Shown here piece by piece: positions 40,901 to 55,553 of a DNA stretch of 64,000 nt. The notes beneath the pieces are model-generated. The model had not been told where the DNA came from, did not search any database, and was given only the letters and a program-made list of their open reading frames with translations. Numbering within the stretch: the first letter of the stretch is position 1; every line of letters begins with the position of its first letter. The position numbers and the translations under genes were made by a program. The stretch is taken from NCBI RefSeq assembly GCF_009914755.1, contig NC_060930.1; one strand, written 5' to 3'. The DNA is from the human T2T-CHM13v2.0 reference genome, Homo sapiens.

Positions 40901-41280
40901 AATTGGACCTCCGAGAGGCCTTCGTTGGAAACGGGATTTCTTCATCTAAACCTACAGAGAAGAATTCTCAGTAACTTCTTCGGATGTGTGCATTCGACGC
41001 ACAGAATGGAACATTCCCTTTGATAGAGCAGTTTTGAGACACCGTTTTTGTAGAATTCCCAAGTGGATATTTAGAGCACTTTGAAGTCTCTGCTAGAAAA
41101 GGAAACATCTTCATGTAAAAAGTAGATAGAATCGTTCTCAGAAAGTGCTTAGTGACGTGTGCGTTCAACTCACAGAGTTTAACGTTTCTTTTGATAGAGC
41201 GTTTCTGAAACACCCTTCTTGTAGTAGCTGCAAGTGGATATTTGGACCTATTGGAGGCCTTCTTTGGAAATGGGATTTCT
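22939..41280. repeat. HOR units U9-U14, six 18-mers
   Basis: Unit starts at 22939, 25996, 29053, 32110, 35167 and 38224 (3057 bp spacing). Confidence 0.95.
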
Positions 41281-43831
41281 TCATGTAACTCTAGATTGAA
41301 GAGTTCTCAGAAACTCCTTTGTGATGTGTGCATTCAATTCAAAGAGTGAAACCTCCCTTTTCACAGAGCAGTTTTGAAACACTGTTTTTGTAGGATTTCC
41401 AAGGGGATATTTATAGCGCATTGAGCCTACGGCGGAAAAAGAAACATCTTCCTATAAAAACTAGACAGAATACTTCTCAGAATCTGCTTTGCGATGTGTG
41501 CGTTCAACTCACAGAGTAAAACTTTTCTTTTGATAGAGCAGTTTTGAAACACTCTTTTTGTAGTATTTGCATGTGTATATTTAGAGCGCATTGAAGCCCA
41601 CAGTAGAAAAGGAAATAACTTCACCTAAAACCTAGACAGAAGCAATCTCAGAAACTACTTTGTGATGTGTACATTCAACTCACAGAGTGGAACTTTCCTC
41701 TTTATAGAGCAGTGTTGAAACACTCTTTTTGTAGAAACTGCAAGTGGATATTTGGACCTCTTTGAGGCCTTCGTTGGAAACGGGATTTCTTCCTATAACC
41801 CTAGACAGAAGAATTTTCAGAAACCTCATTGTGATGTGTGCGTTCATCTCACAGAGTGGAGTCTTCCGTTTGATAGAGAAGTTTTGAAACCCTGTTCTTG
41901 TAGGATTTCCAAGTGGATATTTAGACCACTTTGAAGCCTATGATAGAAAAGGAAACATCTTCATGGAAAACATAGATAGAATCATCCTCAGAAACAACTT
42001 TGTGATGTGTGCGTTGAACTCACCGTCTTTAACCTTTCTTTTGGTAGAGAAGTTTTGAAACACTCTCTTTGTAAAGTCTACAAGTGGATATTTTGAGCCC
42101 TTGGAGGCATTCTTTGGAAAAGGGAATGTCTTCACATAAAAGGCAGACGGAAGTGTTCTCAGAAACTGCTTTGTGATGTCTGTGTTCAACTCACAGAGTT
42201 TAACATTTCCTTTGATAGAGCGGTTTAGTAACCCTCTCTTTGTAGAATTTGGAAGTGTATACTAAGAGCGCTTTGAGGCCTATGGTAGAAAAGGAAATAT
42301 CTTTCCATAAAAGCTAGACAGAAGCAATCTCAGAAACTCCTCTGTGATGTCTGCATTCAACTCACCGAGTGGAACATTCCTCTTGATAGAGCAGTTTGGA
42401 AACACTCTTTCTGTAGAATCAGCTTGTTTGTATTTGGACCTCCTTGAGGCCTTCGTTGGAAACGGGTTTTCATCTTATAAACCCAGACAGAAGAATTCTC
42501 AGAGTCTTCTTTGTGATGTGTGCTTTCAACTCACCGAGATAAAGATTTCTCTTGATAGAGCAATTTGGAAACACTCTTTTTGTAGAATTTGCAAGGGTAC
42601 ATTGAGAGCGCTTTCAGGCCTATGGTAGAAAAGGGAATATCTTTCCATAAAAGGTAGACAGAAGCAATCTCAGAAACTACTTTGTGATGTGTGCATTCAA
42701 CTCACCGAGTGCAACGTTCCTCTTGACCGAGCAGTTTGGAAACATTGTTTCTGTAGAATCTGCAAGTGGATATTTGGACCTCTTTGAGGCCTTCGTTGGA
42801 AACGGGATTTCTTCCTATAAACCCAGACAGAAGAATTCTCAGAGACTTCTTTGTGATGTGTGAATTCAACTCACAGTGTGGATCCTTCCTTTTGATAGAG
42901 CAGTTTTGAAACCCTGTTTTTGTAGTATTTCCAAGCGGATATTTGGAACGCCTTGAAGCGTATGGTAGAAAAGGAAATATCTTCCCATAAAACCTAGACA
43001 GAACCAATCTCAGAAACGACTTTGTGATGTCTGCATTCAAGTCACAGAGTTGAACATTTCTCTTGATAGAGCAGTTTTGAAACCCTCTTTCTGAAGGATC
43101 TGCAAGTGGATATTTGGAACTCCTTTGGGTCTTCGTTGGAAACGGGATTTCTTCGTATAAATCTAGACAGAAGAATTCTCAGAAACTTCCTTGTGATGTG
43201 TGCATTCAACTCAGCGAGTGGCACCTTCCTTTGGATACAGCAGTTTTGAAACACTGTTTTTGTAGTATTTCCAAGCGGATATTTAGAGCGCCTTGAAGCC
43301 TATGCTAGAAATGGAAATATCTCCCCATAAAACCAAGACGGAAGCAATCTCAGAAACTAATGTGTGATGGCTGCATTCCACACACACGGTGGACCATTTC
43401 TCTTGATAGAGCAGTTTTGAAACACTCTTTCTGTAGAATCTGCAAGTGGATAATTGGACCTCCTAGAGGCCTTCGTTGGAAACGGGATTTCTTCATCTAA
43501 ACCTACAGAGAAGTATTCTCAGTAACTTCTTCGGATGTGTGCATTCGACGCACAGAATGGAACATTCCCTTTGATAGAGCAGTTTTGAGACACCGTTTTT
43601 GTAGAATTCCCAAGTGGATATTTAGAGCACTTTGAAGTCTCTGCTAGAAAAGGAAACATCTTCATGTAAAAAGTAGATAGAATCGTTCTCAGAAAGTGCT
43701 TAGTGTCGTGTGCGTTCAACTCACAGAGTTTAACGTTTCTTTTGATAGAGCGTTTCTGAAACACCCTTCTTGTAGTAGCTGCAAGTGGATATTTGGACCT
43801 ATTGGAGGCCTTCTTTGGAAATGGGATTTCT
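41281..43831. repeat. HOR unit U15, 15-mer variant
   Basis: 2551 bp period, same junction (at 43180/43181). Confidence 0.95.
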
Positions 43832-46800
43832 TCATGTAACTCTAGATTGAAGAATTCTCAGAAACTCCTTTGTGATGTGTGCATTCAATTCAAAGAGTGA
43901 AACCTCTCTTTTCACAGAGCAGTTTTGAAACACTGTTTTTGTAGGATTTCCAAGGGGATATTTATAGCGCATTGAGCCTACGGCGGAAAAAGAAACATCT
44001 TCCTATAAAAACTAGACAGAATACTTCTCAGAATCTGCTTTGCGATGTGTGCGTTCAACTCACAGAGTAAAACTTTTCTTTTGATAGAGCAGTTTTGAAA
44101 CACTCTTTTTGTAGTATTTGCATGTGTATATTTAGAGCGCATTGAAGCCCACAGTAGAAAAGGAAATAACTTCACCTAAAACCTAGACAGAAGCAATCTC
44201 AGAAACTACTTTGTGATGTGTACATTCAACTCACAGAGTGGAACTTTCCTCTTTATAGAGCAGTGTTGAAACACTCTTTTTGTAGAAACTGCAAGTGGAT
44301 ATTTGGACCTCTTTGAGGCCTTCGTTGGAAACGGGATTTCTTCCTATAACCCTAGACAGAAGAATTTTCAGAAACCTCATTGTGATGTGTGCGTTCATCT
44401 CACAGAGTGGAGTCTTCCGTTTGATAGAGAAGTTTTGAAACCCTGTTCTTGTAGGATTTCCAAGTGGATATTTAGACCACTTTGAAGCCTATGATAGAAA
44501 AGGAAACATCTTCATGGAAAACATAGATAGAATCATCCTCAGAAACAACTTTGTGATGTGTGCGTTGAACTCACCGTCTTTAACCTTTCTTTTGGTAGAG
44601 AAGTTTTGAAACACTCTCTTTGTAAAGTCTACAAGTGGATATTTTGAGCCCTTGGAGGCATTCTTTGGAAAAGGGAATGTCTTCACATAAAAGGCAGACG
44701 GAAGTGTTCTCAGAAACTGCTTTGTGATGTCTGTGTTCAACTCACAGAGTTTAACATTTCCTTTGATAGAGCGGTTTAGTAACCCTCTCTTTGTAGAATT
44801 TGGAAGTGTATACTAAGAGCGCTTTGAGGCCTATGGTAGAAAAGGAAATATCTTTCCATAAAAGCTAGACAGAAGCAATCTCAGAAACTCCTCTGTGATG
44901 TCTGCATTCAACTCACCGAGTGGAACATTCCTCTTGAGAGAGCAGTTTGGAAACACTCTTTCTGTAGAATCAGCTTGTTTGTATTTGGACCTCCTTGAGG
45001 CCTTCGTTGGAAACGGGTTTTCATCTTATAAACCCAGACAGAAGAATTCTCAGAGTCTTCTTTGTGATGTGTGCTTTCAACTCACCGAGATAAAGATTTC
45101 TCTTGATAGAGCAATTTGGAAACACTCTTTTTGTAGAATTTGCAAGGGTACATTGAGAGCGCTTTCAGGCCTATGGTAGAAAAGGGAATATCTTTCCATA
45201 AAAGGTAGACAGAAGCAATCTCAGAAACTACTTTGTGATGTGTGCATTCAACTCACCGAGTGCAACGTTCCTCTTGACCGAGCAGTTTGGAAACATTGTT
45301 TCTGTAGAATCTGCAAGTGGATATTTGGACCTCTTTGAGGCCTTCGTTGGAAACGGGATTTCTTCCTATAAACCCAGACAGAAGAATTCTCAGAGACTTC
45401 TTTGTGATGTGTGAATTCAACTCACAGTGTGGATCCTTCCTTTTGATAGAGCAGTTTTGAAACCCTGTTTTTGTAGTATTTCCAAGCGGATATTTGGAAC
45501 GCCTTGAAGCGTATGGTAGAAAAGGAAATATCTTCCCATAAAACCTAGACAGAACCAATCTCAGAAACGACTTTGTGATGTCTGCATTCAAGTCACAGAG
45601 TTGAACATTTCTCTTGATAGAGCAGTTTTGAAACCCTCTTTCTGAAGGATCTGCAAGTGGATATTTGGAACTCCTTTGGGTCTTCGTTGGAAACGGGATT
45701 TCTTCGTATAAATCTAGACAGAAGAATTCTCCGAAACTTCTTTGGTTGTGTGCATTCAAGTCACAGAGTGGAACCTTCCTTTGGATAGAGCAGTTTGAAA
45801 CGCCGTGGTTGTAGTATTTCCAAGCGGATATTAGAGCGCCTTGAGGCCTATGGTAGAAAAGGAAATATCTTCCCATAAAACCTAGACGGAAGCAATCTCA
45901 GAAACTACTGTGTGATGGCTGCATTCCACACACACGGTGGAACATTTCTCTTGATAGAGCAGTTTTGAAACACTCTTTCTGTAGAATCTGCAAGTGGATA
46001 ATTGGACCGCCTTGAGGCCTTCGTTGGAAACGGGATTTCTTCATGTTACTCTAGATAGAAGAATTCTCAAACACTGCTATGTGATGTTTGCATTCAAGTC
46101 ACAGAGTGCAACATTCCTCTTGGTAGAGCAGTTGGGAAACACTCCTTTTGTAGAATCTGCAATGGGATATTTGGACTTCTTTGAGGCCTTCGTTGGAAAC
46201 GGGATTTCTTCGTATGAATCTAGACAGAAGAATTCTCAGAAACTTCCTTGTGATGTGTGCATTCAACTCAGCGAGTGGCACCTTCCTTTGGATACAGCAG
46301 TTTTGAAACACTGTTTTTGTAGTATTTCCAAGCGGATATTTAGAGCGCCTTGAAGCCTATGCTAGAAATGGAAATATCTCCCCATAAAACCAAGACGGAA
46401 GCAATCTCAGAAACTAATGTGTGATGGCTGCATTCCACACACACGGTGGACCATTTCTCTTGATAGAGCAGTTTTGAAACACTCTTTCTGTAGAATCTGC
46501 AAGTGGATAATTGGACCTCCGAGAGGCCTTCGTTGGAAACGGGATTTCTTCATCTAAACCTACAGAGAAGAATTCTCAGTAACTTCTTCGGATGTGTGCA
46601 TTCGACGCACAGAATGGAACATTCCCTTTGATAGAGCAGTTTTGAGACACCGTTTTTGTAGAATTCCCAAGTGGATATTTAGAGCACTTTGAAGTCTCTG
46701 CTAGAAAAGGAAACATCTTCATGTAAAAAGTAGATAGAATCGTTCTCAGAAAGTGCTTAGTGACGTGTGCGTTCAACTCACAGAGTTTAACGTTTCTTTT

Positions 46801-49800
46801 GATAGAGCGTTTCTGAAACACCCTTCTTGTAGTAGCTGCAAGTGGATATTTGGACCTATTGGAGGCCTTCTTTGGAAATGGGATTTCTTCATGTAACTCT
46901 AGATTGAAGAGTTCTCAGAAACTCCTTTGTGATGTGTGCATTCAATTCAAAGAGTGAAACCTCCCTTTTCACAGAGCAGTTTTGAAACACTGTTTTTGTA
47001 GGATTTCCAAGGGGATATTTATAGCGCATTGAGCCTACGGCGGAAAAAGAAACATCTTCCTATAAAAACTAGACAGAATACTTCTCAGAATCTGCTTTGC
47101 GATGTGTGCGTTCAACTCACAGAGTAAAACTTTTCTTTTGATAGAGCAGTTTTGAAACACTCTTTTTGTAGTATTTGCATGTGTATATTTAGAGCGCATT
47201 GAAGCCCACAGTAGAAAAGGAAATAACTTCACCTAAAACCTAGACAGAAGCAATCTCAGAAACTACTTTGTGATGTGTACATTCAACTCACAGAGTGGAA
47301 CTTTCCTCTTTATAGAGCAGTGTTGAAACACTCTTTTTGTAGAAACTGCAAGTGGATATTTGGACCTCTTTGAGGCCTTCGTTGGAAACGGGATTTCTTC
47401 CTATAACCCTAGACAGAAGAATTTTCAGAAACCTCATTGTGATGTGTGCGTTCATCTCACAGAGTGGAGTCTTCCGTTTGATAGAGAAGTTTTGAAACCC
47501 TGTTCTTGTAGGATTTCCAAGTGGATATTTAGACCACTTTGAAGCCTATGATAGAAAAGGAAACATCTTCATGGAAAACATAGATAGAATCATCCTCAGA
47601 AACAACTTTGTGATGTGTGCGTTGAACTCACCGTCTTTAACCTTTCTTTTGGTAGAGAAGTTTTGAAACACTCTCTTTGTAAAGTCTACAAGTGGATATT
47701 TTGAGCCCTTGGAGGCATTCTTTGGAAAAGGGAATGTCTTCACATAAAAGGCAGACGGAAGTGTTCTCAGAAACTGCTTTGTGATGTCTGTGTTCAACTC
47801 ACAGAGTTTAACATTTCCTTTGATAGAGCGGTTTAGTAACCCTCTCTTTGTAGAATTTGGAAGTGTATACTAAGAGCGCTTTGAGGCCTATGGTAGAAAA
47901 GGAAATATCTTTCCATAAAAGCTAGACAGAAGCAATCTCAGAAACTCCTCTGTGATGTCTGCATTCAACTCACCGAGTGGAACATTCCTCTTGATAGAGC
48001 AGTTTGGAAACACTCTTTCTGTAGAATCAGCTTGTTTGTATTTGGACCTCCTTGAGGCCTTCGTTGGAAACGGGTTTTCATCTTATAAACCCAGACAGAA
48101 GAATTCTCAGAGTCTTCTTTGTGATGTGTGCTTTCAACTCACCGAGATAAAGATTTCTCTTGATAGAGCAATTTGGAAACACTCTTTTTGTAGAATTTGC
48201 AAGGGTACATTGAGAGCGCTTTCAGGCCTATGGTAGAAAAGGGAATATCTTTCCATAAAAGGTAGACAGAAGCAATCTCAGAAACTACTTTGTGATGTGT
48301 GCATTCAACTCACCGAGTGCAACGTTCCTCTTGACCGAGCAGTTTGGAAACATTGTTTCTGTAGAATCTGCAAGTGGATATTTGGACCTCTTTGAGGCCT
48401 TCGTTGGAAACGGGATTTCTTCCTATAAACCCAGACAGAAGAATTCTCAGAGACTTCTTTGTGATGTGTGAATTCAACTCACAGTGTGGATCCTTCCTTT
48501 TGATAGAGCAGTTTTGAAACCCTGTTTTTGTAGTATTTCCAAGCGGATATTTGGAACGCCTTGAAGCGTATGGTAGAAAAGGAAATATCTTCCCATAAAA
48601 CCTAGACAGAACCAATCTCAGAAACGACTTTGTGATGTCTGCATTCAAGTCACAGAGTTGAACATTTCTCTTGATAGAGCAGTTTTGAAACCCTCTTTCT
48701 GAAGGATCTGCAAGTGGATATTTGGAACTCCTTTGGGTCTTCGTTGGAAACGGGATTTCTTCGTATAAATCTAGACAGAAGAATTCTCCAAAACTTCTTT
48801 GGTTGTGTGCATTCAAGTCACAGAGTGGAACCTTCCTTTGGATAGAGCAGTTTGAAACGCCGTGGTTGTAGTATTTCCAAGCGGATATTAGAGCGCCTTG
48901 AGGCCTATGGTAGAAAAGGAAATATCTTCCCATAAAACCTAGACGGAAGCAATCTCAGAAACTACTGTGTGATGGCTGCATTCCACACACACGGTGGAAC
49001 ATTTCTCTTGATAGAGCAGTTTTGAAACACTCTTTCTGTAGAATCTGCAAGTGGATAATTGGACCGCCTTGAGGCCTTCGTTGGAAACGGGATTTCTTCA
49101 TGTTACTCTAGATAGAAGAATTCTCAAACACTGCTATGTGATGTTTGCATTCAAGTCACAGAGTGCAACATTCCTCTTGGTAGAGCAGTTGGGAAACACT
49201 CCTTTTGTAGAATCTGCAATGGGATATTTGGACTTCTTTGAGGCCTTCGTTGGAAACGGGATTTCTTCGTATGAATCTAGACAGAAGAATTCTCAGAAAC
49301 TTCCTTGTGATATGTGCATTCAACTCAGCGAGTGGCACCTTCCTTTGGATACAGCAGTTTTGAAACACTGTTTTTGTAGTATTTCCAAGCGGATATTTAG
49401 AGCGCCTTGAAGCCTATGCTAGAAATGGAAATATCTCCCCATAAAACCAAGACGGAAGCAATCTCAGAAACTAATGTGTGATGGCTGCATTCCACACACA
49501 CGGTGGACCATTTCTCTTGATAGAGCAGTTTTGAAACACTCTTTCTGTAGAATCTGCAAGTGGATAATTGGACCTCCGAGAGGCCTTCGTTGGAAACGGG
49601 ATTTCTTCATCTAAACCTACAGAGAAGAATTCTCAGTAACTTCTTCGGATGTGTGCATTCGACGCACAGAATGGAACATTCCCTTTGATAGAGCAGTTTT
49701 GAGACACCGTTTTTGTAGAATTCCCAAGTGGATATTTAGAGCACTTTGAAGTCTCTGCTAGAAAAGGAAACATCTTCATGTAAAAAGTAGATAGAATCGT

Positions 49801-52800
49801 TCTCAGAAAGTGCTTAGTGACGTGTGCGTTCAACTCACAGAGTTTAACGTTTCTTTTGATAGAGCGTTTCTGAAACACCCTTCTTGTAGTAGCTGCAAGT
49901 GGATATTTGGACCTATTGGAGGCCTTCTTTGGAAATGGGATTTCTTCATGTAACTCTAGATTGAAGAGTTCTCAGAAACTCCTTTGTGATGTGTGCATTC
50001 AATTCAAAGAGTGAAACCTCCCTTTTCACAGAGCAGTTTTGAAACACTGTTTTTGTAGGATTTCCAAGGGGATATTTATAGCGCATTGAGCCTACGGCGG
50101 AAAAAGAAACATCTTCCTATAAAAACTAGACAGAATACTTCTCAGAATCTGCTTTGCGATGTGTGCGTTCAACTCACAGAGTAAAACTTTTCTTTTGATA
50201 GAGCAGTTTTGAAACACTCTTTTTGTAGTATTTGCATGTGTATATTTAGAGCGCATTGAAGCCCACAGTAGAAAAGGAAATAACTTCACCTAAAACCTAG
50301 ACAGAAGCAATCTCAGAAACTACTTTGTGATGTGTACATTCAACTCACAGAGTGGAACTTTCCTCTTTATAGAGCAGTGTTGAAACACTCTTTTTGTAGA
50401 AACTGCAAGTGGATATTTGGACCTCTTTGAGGCCTTCGTTGGAAACGGGATTTCTTCCTATAACCCTAGACAGAAGAATTTTCAGAAACCTCATTGTGAT
50501 GTGTGCGTTCATCTCACAGAGTGGAGTCTTCCGTTTGATAGAGAAGTTTTGAAACCCTGTTCTTGTAGGATTTCCAAGTGGATATTTAGACCACTTTGAA
50601 GCCTATGATAGAAAAGGAAACATCTTCATGGAAAACATAGATAGAATCATCCTCAGAAACAACTTTGTGATGTGTGCGTTGAACTCACCGTCTTTAACCT
50701 TTCTTTTGGTAGAGAAGTTTTGAAACACTCTCTTTGTAAAGTCTACAAGTGGATATTTTGAGCCCTTGGAGGCATTCTTTGGAAAAGGGAATGTCTTCAC
50801 ATAAAAGGCAGACGGAAGTGTTCTCAGAAACTGCTTTGTGATGTCTGTGTTCAACTCACAGAGTTTAACATTTCCTTTGATAGAGCGGTTTAGTAACCCT
50901 CTCTTTGTAGAATTTGGAAGTGTATACTAAGAGCGCTTTGAGGCCTATGGTAGAAAAGGAAATATCTTTCCATAAAAGCTAGACAGAAGCAATCTCAGAA
51001 ACTCCTCTGTGATGTCTGCATTCAACTCACCGAGTGGAACATTCCTCTTGATAGAGCAGTTTGGAAACACTCTTTCTGTAGAATCAGCTTGTTTGTATTT
51101 GGACCTCCTTGAGGCCTTCGTTGGAAACGGGTTTTCATCTTATAAACCCAGACAGAAGAATTCTCAGAGTCTTCTTTGTGATGTGTGCTTTCAACTCACC
51201 GAGATAAAGATTTCTCTTGATAGAGCAATTTGGAAACACTCTTTTTGTAGAATTTGCAAGGGTACATTGAGAGCGCTTTCAGGCCTATGGTAGAAAAGGG
51301 AATATCTTTCCATAAAAGGTAGACAGAAGCAATCTCAGAAACTACTTTGTGATGTGTGCATTCAACTCACCGAGTGCAACGTTCCTCTTGACCGAGCAGT
51401 TTGGAAACATTGTTTCTGTAGAATCTGCAAGTGGATATTTGGACCTCTTTGAGGCCTTCGTTGGAAACGGGATTTCTTCCTATAAACCCAGACAGAAGAA
51501 TTCTCAGAGACTTCTTTGTGATGTGTGAATTCAACTCACAGTGTGGATCCTTCCTTTTGATAGAGCAGTTTTGAAACCCTGTTTTTGTAGTATTTCCAAG
51601 CGGATATTTGGAACGCCTTGAAGCGTATGGTAGAAAAGGAAATATCTTCCCATAAAACCTAGACAGAACCAATCTCAGAAACGACTTTGTGATGTCTGCA
51701 TTCAAGTCACAGAGTTGAACATTTCTCTTGATAGAGCAGTTTTGAAACCCTCTTTCTGAAGGATCTGCAAGTGGATATTTGGAACTCCTTTGGGTCTTCG
51801 TTGGAAACGGGATTTCTTCGTATAAATCTAGACAGAAGAATTCTCCAAAACTTCTTTGGTTGTGTGCATTCAAGTCACAGAGTGGAACCTTCCTTTGGAT
51901 AGAGCAGTTTGAAACGCCGTGGTTGTAGTATTTCCAAGCGGATATTAGAGCGCCTTGAGGCCTATGGTAGAAAAGGAAATATCTTCCCATAAAACCTAGA
52001 CGGAAGCAATCTCAGAAACTACTGTGTGATGGCTGCATTCCACACACACGGTGGAACATTTCTCTTGATAGAGCAGTTTTGAAACACTCTTTCTGTAGAA
52101 TCTGCAAGTGGATAATTGGACCGCCTTGAGGCCTTCGTTGGAAACGGGATTTCTTCATGTTACTCTAGATAGAAGAATTCTCAAACACTGCTATGTGATG
52201 TTTGCATTCAAGTCACAGAGTGCAACATTCCTCTTGGTAGAGCAGTTGGGAAACACTCCTTTTGTAGAATCTGCAATGGGATATTTGGACTTCTTTGAGG
52301 CCTTCGTTGGAAACGGGATTTCTTCGTATGAATCTAGACAGAAGAATTCTCAGAAACTTCCTTGTGATGTGTGCATTCAACTCAGCGAGTGGCACCTTCC
52401 TTTGGATACAGCAGTTTTGAAACACTGTTTTTGTAGTATTTCCAAGCGGATATTTAGAGCGCCTTGAAGCCTATGCTAGAAATGGAAATATCTCCCCATA
52501 AAACCAAGACGGAAGCAATCTCAGAAACTAATGTGTGATGGCTGCATTCCACACACACGGTGGACCATTTCTCTTGATAGAGCAGTTTTGAAACACTCTT
52601 TCTGTAGAATCTGCAAGTGGATAATTGGACCTCCGAGAGGCCTTCGTTGGAAACGGGATTTCTTCATCTAAACCTACAGAGAAGAATTCTCAGTAACTTC
52701 TTCGGATGTGTGCATTCGACGCACAGAATGGAACATTCCCTTTGATAGAGCAGTTTTGAGACACCGTTTTTGTAGAATTCCCAAGTGGATATTTAGAGCA

Positions 52801-53002
52801 CTTTGAAGTCTCTGCTAGAAAAGGAAACATCTTCATGTAAAAAGTAGATAGAATCGTTCTCAGAAAGTGCTTAGTGACGTGTGCGTTCAACTCACAGAGT
52901 TTAACGTTTCTTTTGATAGAGCGTTTCTGAAACACCCTTCTTGTAGTAGCTGCAAGTGGATATTTGGACCTATTGGAGGCCTTCTTTGGAAATGGGATTT
53001 CT
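43832..53002. repeat. HOR units U16-U18, three 18-mers
   Basis: Unit starts at 43832, 46889 and 49946. Confidence 0.95.
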
Positions 53003-55553
53003 TCATGTAACTCTAGATTGAAGAGTTCTCAGAAACTCCTTTGTGATGTGTGCATTCAATTCAAAGAGTGAAACCTCCCTTTTCACAGAGCAGTTTTGAA
53101 ACACTGTTTTTGTAGGATTTCCAAGGGGATATTTATAGCGCATTGAGCCTACGGCGGAAAAAGAAACATCTTCCTATAAAAACTAGACAGAATACTTCTC
53201 AGAATCTGCTTTGCGATGTGTGCGTTCAACTCACAGAGTAAAACTTTTCTTTTGATAGAGCAGTTTTGAAACACTCTTTTTGTAGTATTTGCATGTGTAT
53301 ATTTAGAGCGCATTGAAGCCCACAGTAGAAAAGGAAATAACTTCACCTAAAACCTAGACAGAAGCAATCTCAGAAACTACTTTGTGATGTGTACATTCAA
53401 CTCACAGAGTGGAACTTTCCTCTTTATAGAGCAGTGTTGAAACACTCTTTTTGTAGAAACTGCAAGTGGATATTTGGACCTCTTTGAGGCCTTCGTTGGA
53501 AACGGGATTTCTTCCTATAACCCTAGACAGAAGAATTTTCAGAAACCTCATTGTGATGTGTGCGTTCATCTCACAGAGTGGAGTCTTCCGTTTGATAGAG
53601 AAGTTTTGAAACCCTGTTCTTGTAGGATTTCCAAGTGGATATTTAGACCACTTTGAAGCCTATGATAGAAAAGGAAACATCTTCATGGAAAACATAGATA
53701 GAATCATCCTCAGAAACAACTTTGTGATGTGTGCGTTGAACTCACCGTCTTTAACCTTTCTTTTGGTAGAGAAGTTTTGAAACACTCTCTTTGTAAAGTC
53801 TACAAGTGGATATTTTGAGCCCTTGGAGGCATTCTTTGGAAAAGGGAATGTCTTCACATAAAAGGCAGACGGAAGTGTTCTCAGAAACTGCTTTGTGATG
53901 TCTGTGTTCAACTCACAGAGTTTAACATTTCCTTTGATAGAGCGGTTTAGTAACCCTCTCTTTGTAGAATTTGGAAGTGTATACTAAGAGCGCTTTGAGG
54001 CCTATGGTAGAAAAGGAAATATCTTTCCATAAAAGCTAGACAGAAGCAATCTCAGAAACTCCTTTGTGATGTCTGCATTCAACTCACCGAGTGGAACATT
54101 CCTCTTGATAGAGCAGTTTGGAAACACTCTTTCTGTAGAATCAGCTTGTTTGTATTTGGACCTCCTTGAGGCCTTCGTTGGAAACGGGTTTTCATCTTAT
54201 AAACCCAGACAGAAGAATTCTCAGAGTCTTCTTTGTGATGTGTGCTTTCAACTCACCGAGATAAAGATTTCTCTTGATAGAGCAATTTGGAAACACTCTT
54301 TTTGTAGAATTTGCAAGGGTACATTGAGAGCGCTTTCAGGCCTATGGTAGAAAAGGGAATATCTTTCCATAAAAGGTAGACAGAAGCAATCTCAGAAACT
54401 ACTTTGTGATGTGTGCATTCAACTCACCGAGTGCAACGTTCCTCTTGACCGAGCAGTTTGGAAACATTGTTTCTGTAGAATCTGCAAGTGGATATTTGGA
54501 CCTCTTTGAGGCCTTCGTTGGAAACGGGATTTCTTCCTATAAACCCAGACAGAAGAATTCTCAGAGACTTCTTTGTGATGTGTGAATTCAACTCACAGTG
54601 TGGATCCTTCCTTTTGATAGAGCAGTTTTGAAACCCTGTTTTTGTAGTATTTCCAAGCGGATATTTGGAACGCCTTGAAGCGTATGGTAGAAAAGGAAAT
54701 ATCTTCCCATAAAACCTAGACAGAACCAATCTCAGAAACGACTTTGTGATGTCTGCATTCAAGTCACAGAGTTGAACATTTCTCTTGATAGAGCAGTTTT
54801 GAAACCCTCTTTCTGAAGGATCTGCAAGTGGATATTTGGAACTCCTTTGGGTCTTCGTTGGAAACGGGATTTCTTCGTATAAATCTAGACAGAAGAATTC
54901 TCAGAAACTTCCTTGTGATGTGTGCATTCAACTCAGCGAGTGGCACCTTCCTTTGGATACAGCAGTTTTGAAACACTGTTTTTGTAGTATTTCCAAGCGG
55001 ATATTTAGAGCGCCTTGAAGCCTATGCTAGAAATGGAAATATCTCCCCATAAAACCAAGACAGAAGCAATCTCAGAAACTAATGTGTGATGGCTGCATTC
55101 CACACACACGGTGGACCATTTCTCTTGATAGAGCAGTTTTGAAACACTCTTTCTGTAGAATCTGCAAGTGGATAATTGGACCTCCTAGAGGCCTTCGTTG
55201 GAAACGGGATTTCTTCATCTAAACCTACAGAGAAGTATTCTCAGTAACTTCTTCGGATGTGTGCATTCGACGCACAGAATGGAACATTCCCTTTGATAGA
55301 GCAGTTTTGAGACACCGTTTTTGTAGAATTCCCAAGTGGATATTTAGAGCACTTTGAAGTCTCTGCTAGAAAAGGAAACATCTTCATGTAAAAAGTAGAT
55401 AGAATCGTTCTCAGAAAGTGCTTAGTGTCGTGTGCGTTCAACTCACAGAGTTTAACGTTTCTTTTGATAGAGCGTTTCTGAAACACCCTTCTTGTAGTAG
55501 CTGCAAGTGGATATTTGGACCTATTGGAGGCCTTCTTTGGAAATGGGATTTCT
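53003..55553. repeat. HOR unit U19, 15-mer variant
   Basis: 2551 bp period, same junction (at 54902/54903). Confidence 0.95.
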
